DNA from: Nitrosopumilus sp.
GTDB lineage: Archaea; Thermoproteota; Nitrososphaeria; Nitrososphaerales; Nitrosopumilaceae
Reading direction: 5' to 3'
DNA: 64,000 nucleotides
Assembly (NCBI GenBank): GCA_965205215.1
Contig: OZ242041.1
Location: 608,001-672,000 of the forward strand
Shown: positions 49,125 through 59,350 of the stretch, in pieces
Numbering within the stretch: the first letter of the stretch is position 1
How the letters are laid out: each line of letters starts with the position of its first letter
Notes under the pieces: generated by a model
Told to the model about the DNA's origin: nothing
Database searches by the model: none
The model's input: the letters and a program-made list of their open reading frames with translations, nothing else
Translations under genes and position numbers: made by a program

Positions 49125-50309
49125 ATGGCCCAAACGGACACAGGCACCATACCATCCGGTAGGAGACAGATGAGGCTGGCTCCAGAAGTGCTGAGATGGG
49201 CCCGCGAACGCGCCAGCATCAGAGTGGAGGATCTGGCAAAAAAAATCCCCGCCAAATCAGAGAGAGTGGAAGAGTGGGAACGCACGGGGCTTATATCGCG
49301 AAATCAAGCAGAGAGACTTGCCAGCTCCACGCACACCCCGTTTGGCTACCTGTTCATGAAAAAGCCGATACGCGAGGATCTGCCAATCGTAGACTTTCGT
49401 ACACGCAGTGACAATCCCCGGCAGCGCCGCCCCAGCCCCGGCCTCCTGTCCACCATATACAGCATGCAACGCAGGCGTGACTGGATGCGCGACTACATGA
49501 TCGAGTACGACGTAGATCCTCCAGGGTTTGTGGGAATGTACCGCAAAGGCGGCGCGTCGGCAGGCGAGATCGCCGGCGTGATGCGAAAGACGCTGGGCCT
49601 TGAACCGGAATGGTCTGCAGAACACGACACATGGAAAAGTGCCTTTTCACACCTGCTTGGGATCATGGATGGCGCAGGCGTGATGCGAACTGTCACCGGC
49701 ATCGTCGGAAGTAATACGCACCACAAGCTCGATCCGGATGAATTCCAAGGGTTTGCACTAGTAGACGACTACGCGCCGCTCGTGTTTGTCAACGGCGCGG
49801 ACTACAAAGCTGCGCAGATGTTCACTGCGGCGCACGAGCTTGCCCACATATTCACAGGGGCGGAGGGGCTGTCTGCCCTGGACCGCACCCGGCCCATACA
49901 CGACGGTCCAAAGGAGCGGCTTTGCAACAAGATCGCAGCAGAATTTCTGGTTCCCACAGGCGCACTGGACAAATTTTTGTCCAAAAATAACGCCAAGCCA
50001 GATAGCGTGTCGGCGCACTTCAAGGTCAGCATCATCGTGGCCGCTCGACGCATGCTTGACACGGAGGCGATGAGCCAGGCAGGCTTTGACGAGTTTTATG
50101 CCGATTATACGAGGCGGCAACGGGAAGAACAGAAGACAAAGGGGGGAGACTATTGGAGAAATGTGAATTATCGCACAAGTCCGACGTTTGGGAAGGCTGT
50201 GGTACGGGCCGTAATGGAGGATCGTCTGTCCTATACGGCCGCATACAGTCTTACTGACATGCACGGTTCTACGTTTGAGAAATATGCGGGAGAGATGCTG
50301 TCCAGATGA
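49125..50309 (+). CDS. XRE-HTH plus ImmA/IrrE metallopeptidase
   Basis: HTH 'LRWARERAS...VEEWE'; 'FTAAHELAH'; 'ERLCNKIAAEFL'. Confidence 0.9.
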   Translation: MAQTDTGTIPSGRRQMRLAPEVLRWARERASIRVEDLAKKIPAKSERVEEWERTGLISRNQAERLASSTHTPFGYLFMKKPIREDLPIVDFRTRSDNPRQRRPSPGLLSTIYSMQRRRDWMRDYMIEYDVDPPGFVGMYRKGGASAGEIAGVMRKTLGLEPEWSAEHDTWKSAFSHLLGIMDGAGVMRTVTGIVGSNTHHKLDPDEFQGFALVDDYAPLVFVNGADYKAAQMFTAAHELAHIFTGAEGLSALDRTRPIHDGPKERLCNKIAAEFLVPTGALDKFLSKNNAKPDSVSAHFKVSIIVAARRMLDTEAMSQAGFDEFYADYTRRQREEQKTKGGDYWRNVNYRTSPTFGKAVVRAVMEDRLSYTAAYSLTDMHGSTFEKYAGEMLSR

Positions 50310-50806
50310 GTTCTGCCAACGACACGTTCGTACTGGACGCGAACGTATTCATCAGTGCAAATAACATGTATTATGCGCCGGATCTGTGCGCCGAATTCTG
50401 GAGGCGCTTGGCATACTGCAATAGGGCGAAAACCGTGTTTAGCATAGACAAAGTCTACGAGGAACTAATGCACCATGAAGACGAGCTATCTGTGTGGTCC
50501 CGCAAGAACAGATCCATGTTTGAGTCTGCACGTGATAATCAGACGGAAGAAAAGTACGCCGACATGACCGAATGGGTCAAACGAGAACGCCATGCCGAAG
50601 CATTAGAAGAGTTTAGCAGTGCGGCAGATGGATGGCTTGCCGCCTTTGCGTCAGTTAACGACGCCATACTGGTCACGCACGAGCAGCCCGCGCCAGAGTC
50701 ACTTAGTCATGTAAAATTACCGGATGTCTGCGAGGAATTCGGCATCCAATACGTGAACACGTTTGATATGCTGCGCAGACTGGGGATACGGCTATGCCCC
50801 GCGTGA
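50306..50806 (+). CDS. DUF4411-like PIN-fold protein
   Basis: 'LDANVFI', 'ADGWLAAFA', 'VTHE', 'KLPDVC'; ATGA overlap with the ImmA-like gene. Confidence 0.85.
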   Translation: MSSANDTFVLDANVFISANNMYYAPDLCAEFWRRLAYCNRAKTVFSIDKVYEELMHHEDELSVWSRKNRSMFESARDNQTEEKYADMTEWVKRERHAEALEEFSSAADGWLAAFASVNDAILVTHEQPAPESLSHVKLPDVCEEFGIQYVNTFDMLRRLGIRLCPA

Positions 50807-51009
50807 TTCCGACTCTTGCGTACGCCGTATCACGTATGCCGGCCTGACCGCACACCACTCCTCCGGCGCACGCTCGGACGGCAAGTCTTGTCATTTGTGG
50901 TGCTTGGCGTCGTGACGGCGTCCCAAAAGAACGCCCAAGCCCCCACCTCATGCAAGCCAGCCGGCCAGCCGGCCACGCACCGCCAAGCGCATGCAGCGCC
51001 AAAAAAAGG

Positions 51010-52701
51010 TCAGACGGGCAGCGCGACTCCTGCAAGCCTGTCATAGTACAGCATGCCCGTTATGACCGCCAGCAGCACCCCCGTGTGCAGGCTGTGCAGT
51101 ATGGTGGCGTACCTTATCTGCGAGACTATAACCATCGAGCAGAACGCCCCCACCACGACAAGCACCAGGTTCAGCTCCTCCAGTAGGCCGCCCAGGTCAT
51201 ATCCCAGGTACGAGGCATCCGATACCGTTTCGGCATCCGGGGCGGTGCCCGCCAAAACGTCGAGCGCGGCGAACTGGTCAAAGCTCACCACCGGGATCAT
51301 CATGATCATCATCACCACGATGACGGACCCCATGTACCCGGTCATCAGCGGCGTCGCGGTCTTGGCCGACATCTCCCTTTTGGTCTCAACGTGGTGCGAC
51401 GCGAACAGAGCCAGCCTGTCCAGAACGGCGGGCGTCACGGAGCCACTCCTGGACGCCTGCGCCATCAGCGCCATGACGCAGTCGGCAAGCCACGAGCCCG
51501 TGCGCACGTCCCCGAGCGCCCGGGATATCTCGACGCCCAGCAGGACGCGCGACTTTACTTTGCGCAGGACGCCGTTGAACTGCTCCGTGTACGGGGCCAT
51601 TCCCTCCGTGGATACGAACGCCGCAAAAAAGCTCGGGTTTGAGCGCATCTTCTGGTTGATGTCCCTCACGAACGCGGGCACCGACCTTTCCAGGTTCGAC
51701 ATGCCCGCGAGGCGCCCGCGGGACATGCAGTGGTTTGCTATACACCATACGACAAGCGGGACCGCCGCTGTCTCCCACCACGACATGCCGAGTAAAAGGC
51801 AGGCGGCGCCCGCGGCGCCCGCCGCCGCCACGGGCATCCTGCGGACCGGTATCCTGCCCGCAGGCACGGGGGATGCTGCCGCCGCCCTTGCCACCAGCAC
51901 GGCGGTGACGGCGGGCACCGCCAGGATGCCGGACGCGCACAAAAACAAAAGCGTGTACTGGTCCATCATTATCCCGCCCACCACCACAAATATCGGGAAC
52001 ATCGCCAGCCCGAACGAACCGACCGTGGCAAGCATCTCTGCCGTAGACGCGTACGCGTCCATCCGCTGCTTGGCGGCCGTGTGGTACTCACGGAGCCTCT
52101 CGTGCAGGTATGCCGAGGTGCCGACTCCCCCCGTGGTCTGCGATACCGCATACCCGCGCACAAAGTCCCGGAACGCCGCGGACGGGTGCGTTGCGCCGAG
52201 GTCGTGCAGCACGTCTGCAAACGACCTTGAGAACACCCGCATCTCGCGGCGTATCACCAGTGACTCGCGGTGCATTGCTGGAAACATCGGGCCGCCGCCA
52301 CCGTCCCGGAGCGCCTCAAAGGCTCCGTGCAGCCCGCGGCCAGTCTTCTCCATTATGTCGCAGTATATGGCAAAAAAGAAGAGCTCCGAGTCCGCTCCTG
52401 ACGCCCTCTTGCGCGCGATGTCGCGGAGCCCCATGCCCCTCATGAAGAACAGGACTATAGGGGCAGACAGGAACAGGAGCGCGTACGGCATTCCCGTTAC
52501 TGCATACAGGATTGCAGAGGCGCAGACTGCCGGTATGACACTGAGAAGCGCGGCGCCTACAGATTCCGTGGCCCGCTGGCGCGGGGAGGCCGCGATGCCG
52601 GCTATGGGAATGTCCCGCGAGTAGCGCCCCGCGAGGTACCGGTGCGCCCGCCTGACTATGCCAAGCCTCAGCATGGCGTGCACGGCGCCGCTTGCAATCA
52701 T
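51010..52701 (-). CDS. type II secretion F / TadBC / FlaJ-like pilus platform protein
   Basis: Two repeats of a soluble domain followed by TM helices; co-occurs with the pilus ATPase and pilin. Confidence 0.8.
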   Translation of the reverse strand: MIASGAVHAMLRLGIVRRAHRYLAGRYSRDIPIAGIAASPRQRATESVGAALLSVIPAVCASAILYAVTGMPYALLFLSAPIVLFFMRGMGLRDIARKRASGADSELFFFAIYCDIMEKTGRGLHGAFEALRDGGGGPMFPAMHRESLVIRREMRVFSRSFADVLHDLGATHPSAAFRDFVRGYAVSQTTGGVGTSAYLHERLREYHTAAKQRMDAYASTAEMLATVGSFGLAMFPIFVVVGGIMMDQYTLLFLCASGILAVPAVTAVLVARAAAASPVPAGRIPVRRMPVAAAGAAGAACLLLGMSWWETAAVPLVVWCIANHCMSRGRLAGMSNLERSVPAFVRDINQKMRSNPSFFAAFVSTEGMAPYTEQFNGVLRKVKSRVLLGVEISRALGDVRTGSWLADCVMALMAQASRSGSVTPAVLDRLALFASHHVETKREMSAKTATPLMTGYMGSVIVVMMIMMIPVVSFDQFAALDVLAGTAPDAETVSDASYLGYDLGGLLEELNLVLVVVGAFCSMVIVSQIRYATILHSLHTGVLLAVITGMLYYDRLAGVALPV

Positions 52702-52734
52702 TCCTGCACTCCCCCCTCCGTCTGCTCCGCGCTG

Positions 52735-55700
52735 CTACGGCCGCGTCCGGGGCGGTCCCCCGCCCCCTTTTGTCACTCCGTCGAGTATCCCTCCGATCAC
52801 GTATGATATGCGCGGGCCCGCCTTCCTGTATGCAATGTATCCCACAGCCGCCGCCGCGGCAGCCAGCACGATATACGTCACGCGCGCATAGTCCGGCTCG
52901 TACACGGCCGCCATTTCTATATCGCGGTGGGCCTGCATGACAAACGAGGACGGCTTGCCGGGCGCCCCCTCCCAGTATGCCAGGCGCTCCGGTATGAGAT
53001 ACGGTATGACGTGGCCCGGCTCCGCCCGCACATGGACGTCGGCCCCGTACGGGTATATGCCGCCGCCCGCGCCGCCCGTCACGAACACCTGCACGCTGTT
53101 CTCATATATGGCGGTGACCGTTACGGTGTCGTCGCCGGGCCCCACGCGTATCGTGTCATAGATGCCGTCGTCGTCCCCGTCAGTAAGGTACCCCCCGCCC
53201 CCGCCGTATACCACGTCAAGCAGTCCGTACCCGGAGTCGATTGTATCCGGAAACTCGAGCCGCAGGTGCTCCGGGTGGCTCAGCACGGCTTCAAACGGCG
53301 TGGCCAGCATGGTGCCGTTGCCCAGCGAGAACTCCACCTCGAGCCCGCTGCCGCCGTCGTCTGATATGGCATCGACCTGTAGCAGGACCGCCATCTCCGA
53401 GTGCACCGGTACGGACACGGCGCCGGGCTCGAACCCGTCGAGGTGGCCCCGCACCACGATGACGGCGTCGCCCTGGGTGGCGGGGGTGACCCGGAACACC
53501 CCGGGGGCGGTCTGCTCCACGGGCCAGGGCGAGTCTGTCACCTCGTATGATATGGGCGGGGCGCGTGCGGCGCCTGCCGCGCCATCGCCACCATTGTTTT
53601 CACCCGCGGGCGGCGGGGCACCGATCGTCGTAATGGCAGTAACCGGAGACGCCACGCGGATCTCAAACGGCTCGCCCGCGGCGACCCGCGGCGGGGCGTC
53701 GGCCGTGAGGTTCATGAGATTGAGAAACGAGACAATTTCTTTCTGGATGCCGCCCCCCAAAGAATGCAGGACCCCGACCGTGTGGGAGCCGGCCCCCAAT
53801 ACGGCGGCCGCCGTCCCGTTGCTGTACAGGAATCCCGTGGCCGCGGCGGCCGAAGGCGTTATGTCGCCTCCCTCTTCTGCCGACGATACTGCCGCGCCCA
53901 CCCTCTCCACCGGCACCCCGAACGGGTCCACCGTGTGGACCGCGACCGGAAAGTTTTCGCCCGAGTGCACCACGGACGGCACGGCCATCTCTATGGAGAC
54001 CGGGACGCCGCCAGGCGTTATGGTGCCGCGCGCGGGGCCCGCCGCCCCGGGGCTGCCCTCCAGAGTGGCGACCACGTCCGTCTCCCCCGTGACTGCGCCG
54101 TATATGACGGCCGTGTTCGATGATGACGACGACAGCGCGCCGACCGCCACGTTCTCGACGCGCCCGTCCCCAAAGGCCGCGGATATGGTCCTGTCCCGCC
54201 CGAACTCGTCGTATACGTCTATTATCCGGCCCTTGCCGTCCGTAATGCTTGCCACATACAGCGGTTGCACTGTACCGAGCGCGGCGGGGACCGAGACGAG
54301 CTGCAGGCGGTAGTCGGCCTCGTACGGGGCGGCCACGCGGAGAGTGCCGGTGTCCGTACGGCCCCCCGAGGTCACGCTGACGTCGTACGCGCCCTCGCGG
54401 CCCGCTGATATCGGAAAGTCGTACGCGTTGGTGTACCTGGTCGGGTGGGCTATATGGACGGGCTGGACGAGTATGTCCCCGTGCGGCGCGGCCACCGTCA
54501 CGCGGTGGTAGTCCGTCCTTGCCGGGATCATCCGGGTGTACTCGGACTCCGTGTCTATTTTGGTGCCGTTCTCGTCGTATGTGACCGTGTGCACGGTCTC
54601 CGTCTCCAGGTGGTAAAAGCCGACCGTCCCGCGCGCGGCGTGGCTGGTCACGTCGGGATATATCCAGAACCGCACGTGGTTTGCGGGGGGCTGGTCCGGC
54701 AGCTCCCGCGGGAGCTTCGGGATGCTATGGTGCCCGCCATGTACGGCAGCACTGGCGTGCTCGCCTATGATGCGCTGCGCGTACTCCCGGAACGTCTCGA
54801 CGGTACTGCCGCCGCATCCGGCCGCTGCCGCTGCCGCCGCCGCCGCGGTGCCGGCTCCCGCGGCGCCGGTGTCGCGCGCCGCCGTGCCGTTTTCGGGGAT
54901 CTGCAGGGTACCGTCGTCGTCGTCGTCGGCGGCATGGTCGGCGCCGCCATTTGCATCGCCAAACACGACAGCGCCAACACATACCTGGGCGGACGCGACG
55001 CCGTACCCCGGTATCGTCGCGGTCAAAACGGCATGCCCGGGCTCCAGTCCCGCATAGGCCACGCCCCGGGCCACGCCGTTGCGCACCACGATCGTGTCGG
55101 AGCTTGCGTCCTTGTTTGCAGGAACGTTTTCGGTCAGCCGGATCACGTCCACGTCCGTGGTCTGGAGCTCGCCGCGTATCGTGCGCGGCGGGTGGAAGGG
55201 GCTGCCCCCTGCCGCACCATCGTCACCATCCCCGCCCTTTTCCATCCATATCACATAGTGTATGACGCCCCCCTGCAGTACCACGTCGGGCACGGCCGCC
55301 ACGTGGACGCTGACCGCGTCCCGGTCGTACGCGATGCGCTCCGTATCGGACTCCAGCCCCGCGGCCGCCGCCGTTATAGAGCCGGACCCGTTGACCTGCA
55401 GCGCGAACGCCGCGTGGGCCTGCCCCTCCGCTATGGAAACGATCCGGGGGGCGCCTACCATGCCGGATGCCACCACCCGAACGTCCGTGTCCCGTACCGC
55501 CTGCACCGGATACCCGTTCCCGTCAAGTACCATCACGACTGCCGTGACATCGGACGCGGACGTCAGGTTGCCCGGCATGACCAGGTCCAGGCTCCGGGGG
55601 CCCGTATACGGCGAGAACACGGTGCCGCCTGCCATTCCCACGTCTCCCGCGTGGGCGGCGTGCACCTCTGCGGGGCCGCTCCGGACCGCCCGTATCTCAA

Positions 55701-56013
55701 AGAGGCCGTGGTTCATGCCGGGCGGTATGGTCGTAGTATCTGGTATTCTGACGGACGCGGAGCCGGTTGCCAGATGTATGGTGCGGTCGGACAGCATGCC
55801 AAAGGGCGCGGGCCTGTCGGTTACGGCGACCCCCTGGTACGTCTGGCCCGCGATCATCTTGTCCGGTATGTGCAGGTAGAGCGCGGCTTCTGCCCGGGCC
55901 GCTCCAAACGAAGTGACGTGCCCGCCGCCGGCAGCCGCGTCCATAAGGGTAAGAAAGGAGACCGCGGCGGCGCATATCGCCATCAAAAAGTACGCTGCCT
56001 GCCGCGATCTCAC
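52735..56013 (-). CDS. large beta-rich (Ig-like) surface protein with a C-terminal TM anchor
   Basis: Signal peptide 'RSRQAAYFLMAICAAAVSFL'; beta-rich segments; 'GGGIYPYGADVHVRA'; C-terminal TM segment. Confidence 0.8.
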   Translation of the reverse strand: MRSRQAAYFLMAICAAAVSFLTLMDAAAGGGHVTSFGAARAEAALYLHIPDKMIAGQTYQGVAVTDRPAPFGMLSDRTIHLATGSASVRIPDTTTIPPGMNHGLFEIRAVRSGPAEVHAAHAGDVGMAGGTVFSPYTGPRSLDLVMPGNLTSASDVTAVVMVLDGNGYPVQAVRDTDVRVVASGMVGAPRIVSIAEGQAHAAFALQVNGSGSITAAAAGLESDTERIAYDRDAVSVHVAAVPDVVLQGGVIHYVIWMEKGGDGDDGAAGGSPFHPPRTIRGELQTTDVDVIRLTENVPANKDASSDTIVVRNGVARGVAYAGLEPGHAVLTATIPGYGVASAQVCVGAVVFGDANGGADHAADDDDDGTLQIPENGTAARDTGAAGAGTAAAAAAAAAGCGGSTVETFREYAQRIIGEHASAAVHGGHHSIPKLPRELPDQPPANHVRFWIYPDVTSHAARGTVGFYHLETETVHTVTYDENGTKIDTESEYTRMIPARTDYHRVTVAAPHGDILVQPVHIAHPTRYTNAYDFPISAGREGAYDVSVTSGGRTDTGTLRVAAPYEADYRLQLVSVPAALGTVQPLYVASITDGKGRIIDVYDEFGRDRTISAAFGDGRVENVAVGALSSSSSNTAVIYGAVTGETDVVATLEGSPGAAGPARGTITPGGVPVSIEMAVPSVVHSGENFPVAVHTVDPFGVPVERVGAAVSSAEEGGDITPSAAAATGFLYSNGTAAAVLGAGSHTVGVLHSLGGGIQKEIVSFLNLMNLTADAPPRVAAGEPFEIRVASPVTAITTIGAPPPAGENNGGDGAAGAARAPPISYEVTDSPWPVEQTAPGVFRVTPATQGDAVIVVRGHLDGFEPGAVSVPVHSEMAVLLQVDAISDDGGSGLEVEFSLGNGTMLATPFEAVLSHPEHLRLEFPDTIDSGYGLLDVVYGGGGGYLTDGDDDGIYDTIRVGPGDDTVTVTAIYENSVQVFVTGGAGGGIYPYGADVHVRAEPGHVIPYLIPERLAYWEGAPGKPSSFVMQAHRDIEMAAVYEPDYARVTYIVLAAAAAAVGYIAYRKAGPRISYVIGGILDGVTKGGGGPPRTRP

Positions 56014-56183
56014 GACATGTGGATTCCGAATCTGATAAAAGGCGGCACGCGCGGCGGTGATGCGGTACCGTCGCGCATCATGCCCCCGTGCGGTCGCGTA
56101 TGTATTGCCGATGAGCGTCCCATTGTTGCCGCCGTGCTCTTTGTGATCTAAGCTTTTAAAATGGATGCGGCGAAAACCTGCCC

Positions 56184-56894
56184 ATGACAGATGTAACATG
56201 TGGTTGTACCACACAGGCCGAGAACAATACTGAATGTGACTGCACTGTACAATCTGAGTGTGTTTGCGACGCAACATGTGATTGCAACGGAGATATCTGC
56301 AAGACTGGCCCCATCCGCAGTCCGCTCCCCCCTTGCGATGTTTGCGGCAGATACTGCAGTGGAGATATCTGTCATGCCAACCCCACACGCTTGAATGCGC
56401 AGAAGGCGGATGCCATGCTCATAGAGCTCAAGTACGAGGAGCAGGAGACGCGTCGGCAACAGCTTCTAGAGGCACACAAGTACTACAGTCAACAGGCTCG
56501 CAAATACGAGGAGCAGGAGACGCGGCGGCAACGACAGCATGCACAGAAGGCGGATTCTATAACCACAGAGCGTAGCGGAGATAACTGTCATACTAACCCC
56601 GTCCGTGGGGCCGAAGCCCCGAACGGGGAGGCGCCGTCAAAGAAGCTCGAGGTGTCGACAACCAATAGCGACAACGACAGCAATGCCAAGGAACGGCTCC
56701 ATCCCAGCCTGACCATCAAGAACACGTTTGCGCCCAACCTTGGCAACGAGTGGCTGTCCCCCGCCGGCGTGATACAGGCCGTAAAGTACCACTTTGCAAA
56801 GTGGGAGGACGTCCCGCCGGATGTCCAAAAGCAGATTCACGACTACATCAAGAGCCAGGAAGAGAAGGGGCTCGCCCCCGGGGACACACGATAG
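56184..56894 (+). CDS. protein with a metallothionein-like Cys-rich N-terminus and internal repeats
   Basis: CGC..CDC..CVC..CDC..C; duplicated KYEEQETRRQ; TTTTAAA upstream. Confidence 0.7.
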   Translation: MTDVTCGCTTQAENNTECDCTVQSECVCDATCDCNGDICKTGPIRSPLPPCDVCGRYCSGDICHANPTRLNAQKADAMLIELKYEEQETRRQQLLEAHKYYSQQARKYEEQETRRQRQHAQKADSITTERSGDNCHTNPVRGAEAPNGEAPSKKLEVSTTNSDNDSNAKERLHPSLTIKNTFAPNLGNEWLSPAGVIQAVKYHFAKWEDVPPDVQKQIHDYIKSQEEKGLAPGDTR

Positions 56895-56983
56895 GTTCAG
56901 GCGCCTGGATGAATAAAGACAGCCGGCGACGATTCCAATCACAATAGTTTATTTCCTATATTTTGATGTGGTTTTTGTCACAC

Positions 56984-57280
56984 ATGGCGAGTGCCCTGAC
57001 CGTAGGCCAGCACTTTGACGCTTTGGAGAGCTCTGCTGGCGAGTGGGTACCAGACGCCCGAGCACGTGCTTGGCGAACAACGCATCGGCAACAAGAAGGA
57101 CATGGAGGAGCCACCGGGGAGGAGGAAGTAGACTTCACGAATCTGATGCCCGACAAGCGGGGCAAGCAGGACAATGACGGTACTGATTTCACGTCGCAGA
57201 TCCACAAGGACAAGACCGGCAGCAATAAGTCGGCCGCACTCAGGTTCATGCCTGTCAAATTTCAAAATACTGACGAATAG
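56984..57280 (+). CDS. hypothetical protein
   Basis: Short ORF downstream of the Cys-rich gene; no motif. Confidence 0.35.
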   Translation: MASALTVGQHFDALESSAGEWVPDARARAWRTTHRQQEGHGGATGEEEVDFTNLMPDKRGKQDNDGTDFTSQIHKDKTGSNKSAALRFMPVKFQNTDE

Positions 57281-57407
57281 GCACGAATTTTCAAGGGGCC
57301 TGTTGCAAATTCGTGAGCAAGACACGGCCGTCAAAACGGCGATCTGGCTACCGGAAGATCTGCCGAAACCACTCCGGCGCGCGCCTGTTTTGTATCGTCA
57401 ACGTCGC

Positions 57408-57764
57408 TCACAAGAGATCATAACGGAGGCCCTTTAGAAGCCACTCCAGTGCGCGCCTGTTTTGCCCGGGGCTTCCCATGCGGTAGAACCGCGCCCGAAC
57501 CGAACTGTCGTATTTGAAGTGATCCATGTATGCTACGTATAGGTCGGGCAGCCAACGCCGCACTTGGCCGAGCGCGAGTCCTTGGTGTATGGGCTCTATC
57601 CTCATCCACCCCTTGATTATGCGCTCTGCGCCCTTCACCTCCCAGTCCCCGTATGCAATTTCCGGGAACGCCTCTGAGGCCTCCCAGTACTTTGCAAGGG
57701 ACTCGTCTATGGCCTTGATTAGCGTGTCCTCGTAACCACCGTAGAGGATTTCGCTTTTGCGCAT
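57408..57764 (-). CDS. hypothetical protein
   Basis: 118-aa ORF with globular composition and TTTATAT upstream. Confidence 0.6.
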   Translation of the reverse strand: MRKSEILYGGYEDTLIKAIDESLAKYWEASEAFPEIAYGDWEVKGAERIIKGWMRIEPIHQGLALGQVRRWLPDLYVAYMDHFKYDSSVRARFYRMGSPGQNRRALEWLLKGLRYDLL

Positions 57765-57928
57765 GCCCCATATGTGCGCGTGTGGGCAATATAAAGCGGC
57801 CCGTTAGCCAGCGACAACGGATTCTCGTAGCATGCGCCCAGATCCCATTCTCCCTTCTCAATCACGGCAGTGCGCGGCGGTGCTTTCTCATCTCGTTACA
57901 CAGACTGCACGGTAATACTATTTGAGAT

Positions 57929-59260
57929 GTGGCTGGTGCCGCCGTCCGCCCGTGGCGCGCCGCAGTCCGATCCCAAATGTCCGGGATCATGAAAGACCCG
58001 GCCGCGGCCCCGGCTCGCGCAACCATGCCCGCGGAGGCGGTGGGTGCAACCGCGCGGAAACCCAGCGTCACAACCGTTATCAGCGCACGCGCCAAATGGG
58101 GCATGCATGACATCCGGCACCCTTGCCAAGACGTACCAGAGAGCGGGCAGGGAGTGGACGCGCCCGGAAGTTTACGACATACTGGAGCATGCGGCGGGCA
58201 TGCCAAAAAGCAGGGGGTCAGGTTCGGGATAGGCGAGGATGACGCGGGGCGCATAATTGCATGCCCCGAGGAGTCGTTGCCGCGCGACGTCCTGAGGGTA
58301 TGCAGCGCCGCAACCCCGAAATCAGCCGGCCGCCAGGGTACGGAACGGGAGATCGAGTCCTACTCGAGCTGCGGCCTGTCATACGCCGATGAGCGCCTGC
58401 AGGTCGATGATGCGGCTTCAGGGGTTCTTGGCCACCTCGAATACGGAATCGCAGAGAACGGCCCCTTGCTGGACATGACGATGGGCCTCGAACAGCTGAG
58501 TGCGGCATTGGAGAGCACAAGCCGCATACAAAAAAGGCGCGGCGGCAGGCTCATCTGCGACATCAAGCGCAGCCGCAGGGACAAGCACTATGAGCACGTA
58601 GTGGCCATAGCACAAATGTCCAAAAGGCCGGAATTCGTAGAGCCCCTCGCGGCGGTGATTTCAGACGACGGGGTGTCCATGCTCAACAGGCCCCAACACG
58701 CGGCGCGTCTAAGGCCGGGTTCGCGCAGCGGCGATCCGGACAACAAAGCGTGGCGCGACATGACGATGCGCATAACAGACAGAATATACCATGGCGGATG
58801 GAGGTTTGCAACCCTCCTTTATGGGGTGCTGGAGACGGGCAGAATAGGCACCAAAGTTCTGCAAGACGAGATGGCCGACATGGCAACAATATGCAGGGCC
58901 CGTGTACGCGACGAGAGCGACACAATACGGATAAGCGTTAACAGGTATGGCCACCTGCTATGCGCATACTGGCCTGACAGAGGCAGGGCGGCAGATACCG
59001 CCAGCATTACCATCGACTCCAAAAGCCTCTGGGACGGAGACAGGATTTCAAAAGGCGCGGTCGCGAAATCCGCCCAATACGTGGTGCGGAAATTCTCAAG
59101 ACTGCAGCCGTTCATGCCGTGCCCTTATGAACCGGTCGGATACCCCAGCTTCCCGGGGCCGGAGGAAAACTATCCCTCGCCACCCGCCCCGCCTCCCGGC
59201 GGACCGGCCACGCTTCCCATTGTTCGCCATGACTTGCCCTCCGTCGAAATGAGATGGTGA
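57929..59260 (+). CDS. hypothetical protein
   Basis: 443-aa ORF; start uncertain. Confidence 0.6.
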   Translation: MAGAAVRPWRAAVRSQMSGIMKDPAAAPARATMPAEAVGATARKPSVTTVISARAKWGMHDIRHPCQDVPESGQGVDAPGSLRHTGACGGHAKKQGVRFGIGEDDAGRIIACPEESLPRDVLRVCSAATPKSAGRQGTEREIESYSSCGLSYADERLQVDDAASGVLGHLEYGIAENGPLLDMTMGLEQLSAALESTSRIQKRRGGRLICDIKRSRRDKHYEHVVAIAQMSKRPEFVEPLAAVISDDGVSMLNRPQHAARLRPGSRSGDPDNKAWRDMTMRITDRIYHGGWRFATLLYGVLETGRIGTKVLQDEMADMATICRARVRDESDTIRISVNRYGHLLCAYWPDRGRAADTASITIDSKSLWDGDRISKGAVAKSAQYVVRKFSRLQPFMPCPYEPVGYPSFPGPEENYPSPPAPPPGGPATLPIVRHDLPSVEMRW

Positions 59261-59350
59261 TGCCGCAGGACATCAAACGGTGGAAGATTGGCACATGCCC
59301 ATGATGGCAGTGCCTGACCGGCACCAGTAACGCAGCCCGCGGCCTGGCCG

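Noticed and set aside
51053-52624. 523-aa plus-strand ORF and similar long antisense ORFs (e.g. 53162-54313, 54445-56151, 42809-43960)
   Set aside because: These are shadow ORFs opposite well-supported GC-rich genes.
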